Of a stretch of DNA of 64,000 bases, positions 60,351 through 64,000 are shown piece by piece. Source of the stretch: an uncultured Actinomycetes bacterium (GTDB lineage Bacteria > Actinomycetota > Thermoleophilia > UBA2241). The notes below the pieces were generated by a model. It saw only the letters and a program-made list of their open reading frames with translations, was not told the DNA's origin and made no database searches. A program made the translations under genes and the position numbers. The stretch is from assembly GCA_963709345.1 (NCBI GenBank), contig CAVPVX010000007.1, forward strand, positions 672,001-736,000. The letters run 5' to 3'. Each line of letters begins with the position of its first letter. Within the stretch, counting starts at the first letter, position 1.

Positions 60351-62924
60351 GTGATCGGGCTCGTCCTCGTCAGCCACAGCGCGAAGCTCGCCGAGGGCGT
60401 GGCCGAGCTGGCCGCTCAGATGGCCGGCCCGGAGGTCCGGATCGCGGTCGCCGGCGGCTTGGACCAGCCCGGGCGACCCCTCGGCACCGACGCCACTCTC
60501 GTGGCGCGAGCCATCGACGAAGCGTGGTCCGATAACGGAGTGCTGGTACTCATGGATCTCGGCAGCGCAGTGCTCTCCGCCGAACTGGCGCTGGAACTGC
60601 TCCCCGGGGAGCGCCGGGACCGCGTGCTGCTCACGGAGGCGCCGCTCGTCGAGGGCGCCGTCGCCGCGGCGGTCGCCGCCGGCCTCGGCGAACCCCTGAG
60701 CGCGGTCGCCGAAGAGGCGCGCGGCGGGCTGGCGGCGAAGGCGGAGCACCTCGCTCCGGAGGCGGATCGGGACGCTGCTTCGGCGGCGACGTCGAACGCC
60801 GCCCCGGGCAGGCCGCCGACCGGCCGCGAGACCGCGGACGCTCCTGCGCCGGCCCTGCGCATCACGGTCCGTAACCGCCTCGGCCTCCATGCCAGACCGG
60901 CGGCCCTGCTGGTCCGGACGGCCGCCGGCTTCGACGCCGACATGACTGTGGCGAACGCATCCGCGGCGCGCAGTCCCGTGAGCGCACGCAGCCTCAGCGC
61001 GGTCGCCACGCTCGGCGTCCGCCAGGGCGACGAGATCGTCGTGACGGCCTCGGGGCCGCAGGCCGGTGAGGCCCTCGTGGCCGTACGCCGGCTGGCCGAC
61101 GACGCGTTTGGAGAACCGCGCGAGGCGACGCCTCCGGAGGCCGCCCCGGACCACGCGACGCCTGGTCCCCAAGCGCCGTCCGTTGCCGGGGTTGAAGGGG
61201 CTTCGCCGCCACCCCCGGGCACGGTGCTCCGCGGCCTGGCCGCCTCGCCGGGCGTGGCCGTCGGCGCGGCGAAGCTCCTTCGGCCCGCGCCCGCCACCAT
61301 CGCGGACCTGCCCGCCGGAGATCCCGAGACGGAGCTGGAGGCGCTGGAGCGCGCTCTGACGGCCACCGCCGCCGATATCCGGCGAACGAGAGCGTCGCTG
61401 GCCGGCCGCGCCGGCGAACGCGACGCCGCCATCTTCGACGCTCACCTCCTCTTCCTGGAGGACGACGCGCTGCTCGCGCCCGCACGCGACGCCATCGCGC
61501 GTGGCCACCTCGCGGCGGCGCGCGCCTGGGCCGACGCCGTATCCGCGGCTGCGGCGGCTTGGTACGCGCTGGACGACCCATACCAGCGGGCGCGCGCCGC
61601 CGACCTGCGGAGCGTCGGCGAACAGGTCCTGCGCCACCTCGCGGGAGGCGCCTCCGCCGCGTCCCACGGCGACGGTATCGTCGTCGCCGCCGACTTCACG
61701 CCGGCCGAGACCGCCGCCCTCGACCGATCCGCTGTGCGCGGCATCGCCTGCGCCTTGGGGGGACCCACCGCTCACAGCGCGATACTGGCGCGGTCATTCG
61801 GAATCCCGGCAGTCGTCGGCTGCGGCGCGGAGCTCCTCGCCGTGGAGGACGGCACGCTCCTCCTGCTCGACGGCGAAGCCGGGACGGTGATCGTGGACCC
61901 GCCGGTCGACGCGGTCCGGACGGCCGAAGCCCGGCAGGCCGCCTGTGAGCGGCGGAGGGCCGGCGCACAGGCGCAGGCACACCTCCCCGCCGCCACGCGT
62001 GACGGCCTCGTCGTGCCCGTGGCGGCGAACATCGCCACAGCCGGTGACGCCCCGGCTGCCGTCGCCGCCGGAGCCGACGGCGTCGGCCTGCTGCGCACCG
62101 AGTTCCTCTTCCTCCAGACCGGCCACCCCCCGGACGAGGACGAGCAGGAGCGGGCCTACCGCGCGGTGGCGGAGGCGCTCGCGGGCCGGCCGCTCACCAT
62201 CCGCACGCTCGACGCCGGCGCCGACAAGCCACTGCCCTACCTCTCTCTCGCGCGCGAAGCCAACCCCTTCCTGGGGGTCAGGGGCCTGCGCCTCGGGCTC
62301 CGCCACCCCGAGTTCCTGCTCACCCAGCTTCGCGCGATCCTCCGCGTCGCTGCCGACCACCCCGTACGTATCATGTTCCCGATGGTCTCGACGGTGGAGG
62401 AGCTGCTGCGAGCCCGGGGACTGCTGGACGAGGCGCGGTCGTCACTCGGCGCCGGCCGTGTCGCCGCGACCGATGGCCTCGAGGTCGGCATCATGGTCGA
62501 GGTGCCGGCGGCCGCCCTGACCGCTGAGGCTTTCGCTCCGCACGTCGACTTCTTCTCGGTGGGCACGAACGACCTGACCCAGTACACGCTCGCCGCGGAG
62601 CGGGGCAACGCCGGTCTGGCGACGCTCGCCGACCCGCTGCATCCGGCTGTGCTCCGGTTGATCGACGTCACGGCGCGGGCGGGCGCGAACGGCGGCGCGT
62701 GGGTCTCGGTGTGCGGAGAGATCGCCGGAGAGCCGGCGGCGATCCCGCTGCTGCTGGGACTCGGCGTCGCCGAACTCTCGATGGCGCCGGCCCGGATCCC
62801 GCTCGCGAAGGAGGCGGTCCGAACGACGGACGCGGGCGCGGCGCGGCGGCTCGCCGGGAGCGCCCTGGCCGCCGCATCGGCCGCCGACGTTCGGCAGCTC
62901 TGCGGCGCCCCCCCGAACGACTAG
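60351..62924 (+). CDS. DhaM(EIIA)-HPr-Enzyme I fusion
   Basis: LVSHS and MDLGSA (EIIA), GLHARPA (HPr), PTAHSAILAR, GLLRTEFLF, GTNDLTQY, CGE (complete EI). Confidence 0.93.
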   Translation: MIGLVLVSHSAKLAEGVAELAAQMAGPEVRIAVAGGLDQPGRPLGTDATLVARAIDEAWSDNGVLVLMDLGSAVLSAELALELLPGERRDRVLLTEAPLVEGAVAAAVAAGLGEPLSAVAEEARGGLAAKAEHLAPEADRDAASAATSNAAPGRPPTGRETADAPAPALRITVRNRLGLHARPAALLVRTAAGFDADMTVANASAARSPVSARSLSAVATLGVRQGDEIVVTASGPQAGEALVAVRRLADDAFGEPREATPPEAAPDHATPGPQAPSVAGVEGASPPPPGTVLRGLAASPGVAVGAAKLLRPAPATIADLPAGDPETELEALERALTATAADIRRTRASLAGRAGERDAAIFDAHLLFLEDDALLAPARDAIARGHLAAARAWADAVSAAAAAWYALDDPYQRARAADLRSVGEQVLRHLAGGASAASHGDGIVVAADFTPAETAALDRSAVRGIACALGGPTAHSAILARSFGIPAVVGCGAELLAVEDGTLLLLDGEAGTVIVDPPVDAVRTAEARQAACERRRAGAQAQAHLPAATRDGLVVPVAANIATAGDAPAAVAAGADGVGLLRTEFLFLQTGHPPDEDEQERAYRAVAEALAGRPLTIRTLDAGADKPLPYLSLAREANPFLGVRGLRLGLRHPEFLLTQLRAILRVAADHPVRIMFPMVSTVEELLRARGLLDEARSSLGAGRVAATDGLEVGIMVEVPAAALTAEAFAPHVDFFSVGTNDLTQYTLAAERGNAGLATLADPLHPAVLRLIDVTARAGANGGAWVSVCGEIAGEPAAIPLLLGLGVAELSMAPARIPLAKEAVRTTDAGAARRLAGSALAAASAADVRQLCGAPPND

Positions 62925-62979
62925 CCGCGCCGGCGCGAGTCCCGCTCACGAACCCGCACAGCAGCGACGTGCCGCTCCG

Positions 62980-64000
62980 TCACAGTCCCTTCTCGGCCGT
63001 CAGCCGCCCGGACTTCACGGCCCGGGTGAACGCCTCGTAGTCGCGCTCGTTCTGGTCCGCGTACGCGACCGAGAAGCCGGCGATCGCCCGGTCGAAGGCA
63101 TCGCCTGTGCCCAGATACGCGGCGATCGCGACCCTGTCGCCCAGGCGCGCGTGCGCCCTGGCCAGGGTCGCGCCACACAGCCGCGCGTACAGCGTCAGCC
63201 CCGGAGCGCGCATCGTCTCGACATCGACGCTGCCCTTCCAGTCGTGCAGCTGGCGCACGTAGAAGTCGTGCATCCGGCCGTCCAGACCCTTGAAGCGCAG
63301 CCAGCCGAGGAAGACGTCGCTGGCCGCCTGCATCAGGCGCTGTCCCTCGACCACGCGCTGGCCGTGGTTGCGGTACTCGCTCCTGCCCACGAACCGCTCC
63401 AGAACCGAAGCCTGCGCCTCCTTCGCCTGCAGGAACAGCGGGGCCTGCTTCTGGCGCCCGCTCATGAGGAGGATCCACGCCCGCGTCCCGACGCTACCGA
63501 CGCCCACGACCTTGCGCGCCGTGTCGACGTAACGGAACTCCTCGATCGGGTGGTGTCGCTGCGCCAGCGAGTGCCGGTACGACCGGACCAGCCCGCGCAT
63601 CCATTTCTCCTTGGCCTGGCGGGTCGTCCCCGGGGGAAGCAGCTCCGCGAGCGGGACGATGAGCGGCGGGTCGGCGATGATGCGCAGCTGACCATCGACC
63701 TCCCCGGTCAATCTGGAGAGCGAACGGGTGTGGACGCGCCTCCTGGCCTTGGCCAGGTCCCGCTCCGCAGCACGCGCCTCGCGCTTGCCGATGCGCCCCT
63801 CGCGCACCTCCCGGCCGATCCACGACGTGATCTCCTCGGCGGTCAGGTGCGCGTACCAGGCGTCCAGCGCGCCCATGTCCGCGGCCCGGCGCATGGCGTC
63901 GCGGTACTCGTACACGCCGCCGGTGACCACGGCTCGCCGGTCGGCGGCCGACAAGCCGAGGTGGCGACCGGCGATCTCGAAGCTGGCCGCCAGGCGCTTG
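62980..64000 (-). CDS. DUF2252 family protein (5' end outside window)
   Basis: RKVVGVGSVGTR, LFLQAKEA, FYVRQLHDWKGS, LARAHAR, YADQNERDY. Confidence 0.88.
   Translation of the reverse strand, partial: KRLAASFEIAGRHLGLSAADRRAVVTGGVYEYRDAMRRAADMGALDAWYAHLTAEEITSWIGREVREGRIGKREARAAERDLAKARRRVHTRSLSRLTGEVDGQLRIIADPPLIVPLAELLPPGTTRQAKEKWMRGLVRSYRHSLAQRHHPIEEFRYVDTARKVVGVGSVGTRAWILLMSGRQKQAPLFLQAKEAQASVLERFVGRSEYRNHGQRVVEGQRLMQAASDVFLGWLRFKGLDGRMHDFYVRQLHDWKGSVDVETMRAPGLTLYARLCGATLARAHARLGDRVAIAAYLGTGDAFDRAIAGFSVAYADQNERDYEAFTRAVKSGRLTAEKGL

Overview
High-GC Actinomycetota chromosome segment; RpoB/RpoC motifs and gene content suggest Thermoleophilia, but this is inference. 1-15.3 kb (- strand) is the core rpmG-tRNA-Trp-secE-nusG-rplKA-rplJL-rpoBC-rpsLG-fusA-tuf cluster, with recognisable promoters and L1/L10 autoregulatory leaders. 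15.5-39.6 kb is accessory: CPBP protease, MTAP, a decayed ECF sigma, CAP protein, DUF1998 helicase, two paralogous secreted C1 cysteine proteases, a YCF48-like propeller, a MalT-like regulator, birA-bioY, a membrane HD-GYP protein and MFS transporters. 39.6-54.7 kb holds futalosine menaquinone genes, rex and heme genes (hemL, ahbD, hemB). The rest is a DUF4388 protein, an MFS, a dhaKLM/PTS operon and a partial DUF2252 gene. The top finding is two tiny ORFs missing from the ORF track, directly upstream of the membrane HD-GYP gene. One is MRFGGKMH-IRSGGKMH-IRFGGKMH (three repeats differing almost only at synonymous sites). The other is MSKKIEKTLASLLFALVTSGGGSKMH (signal-peptide-like, same KMH end). 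Together they form a candidate peptide-signal / cyclic-dinucleotide phosphodiesterase receptor system. Other observations: a recurring sigma28-like promoter motif, several internally collapsed gene remnants, and scattered 1-nt frameshifts that may be sequencing errors.
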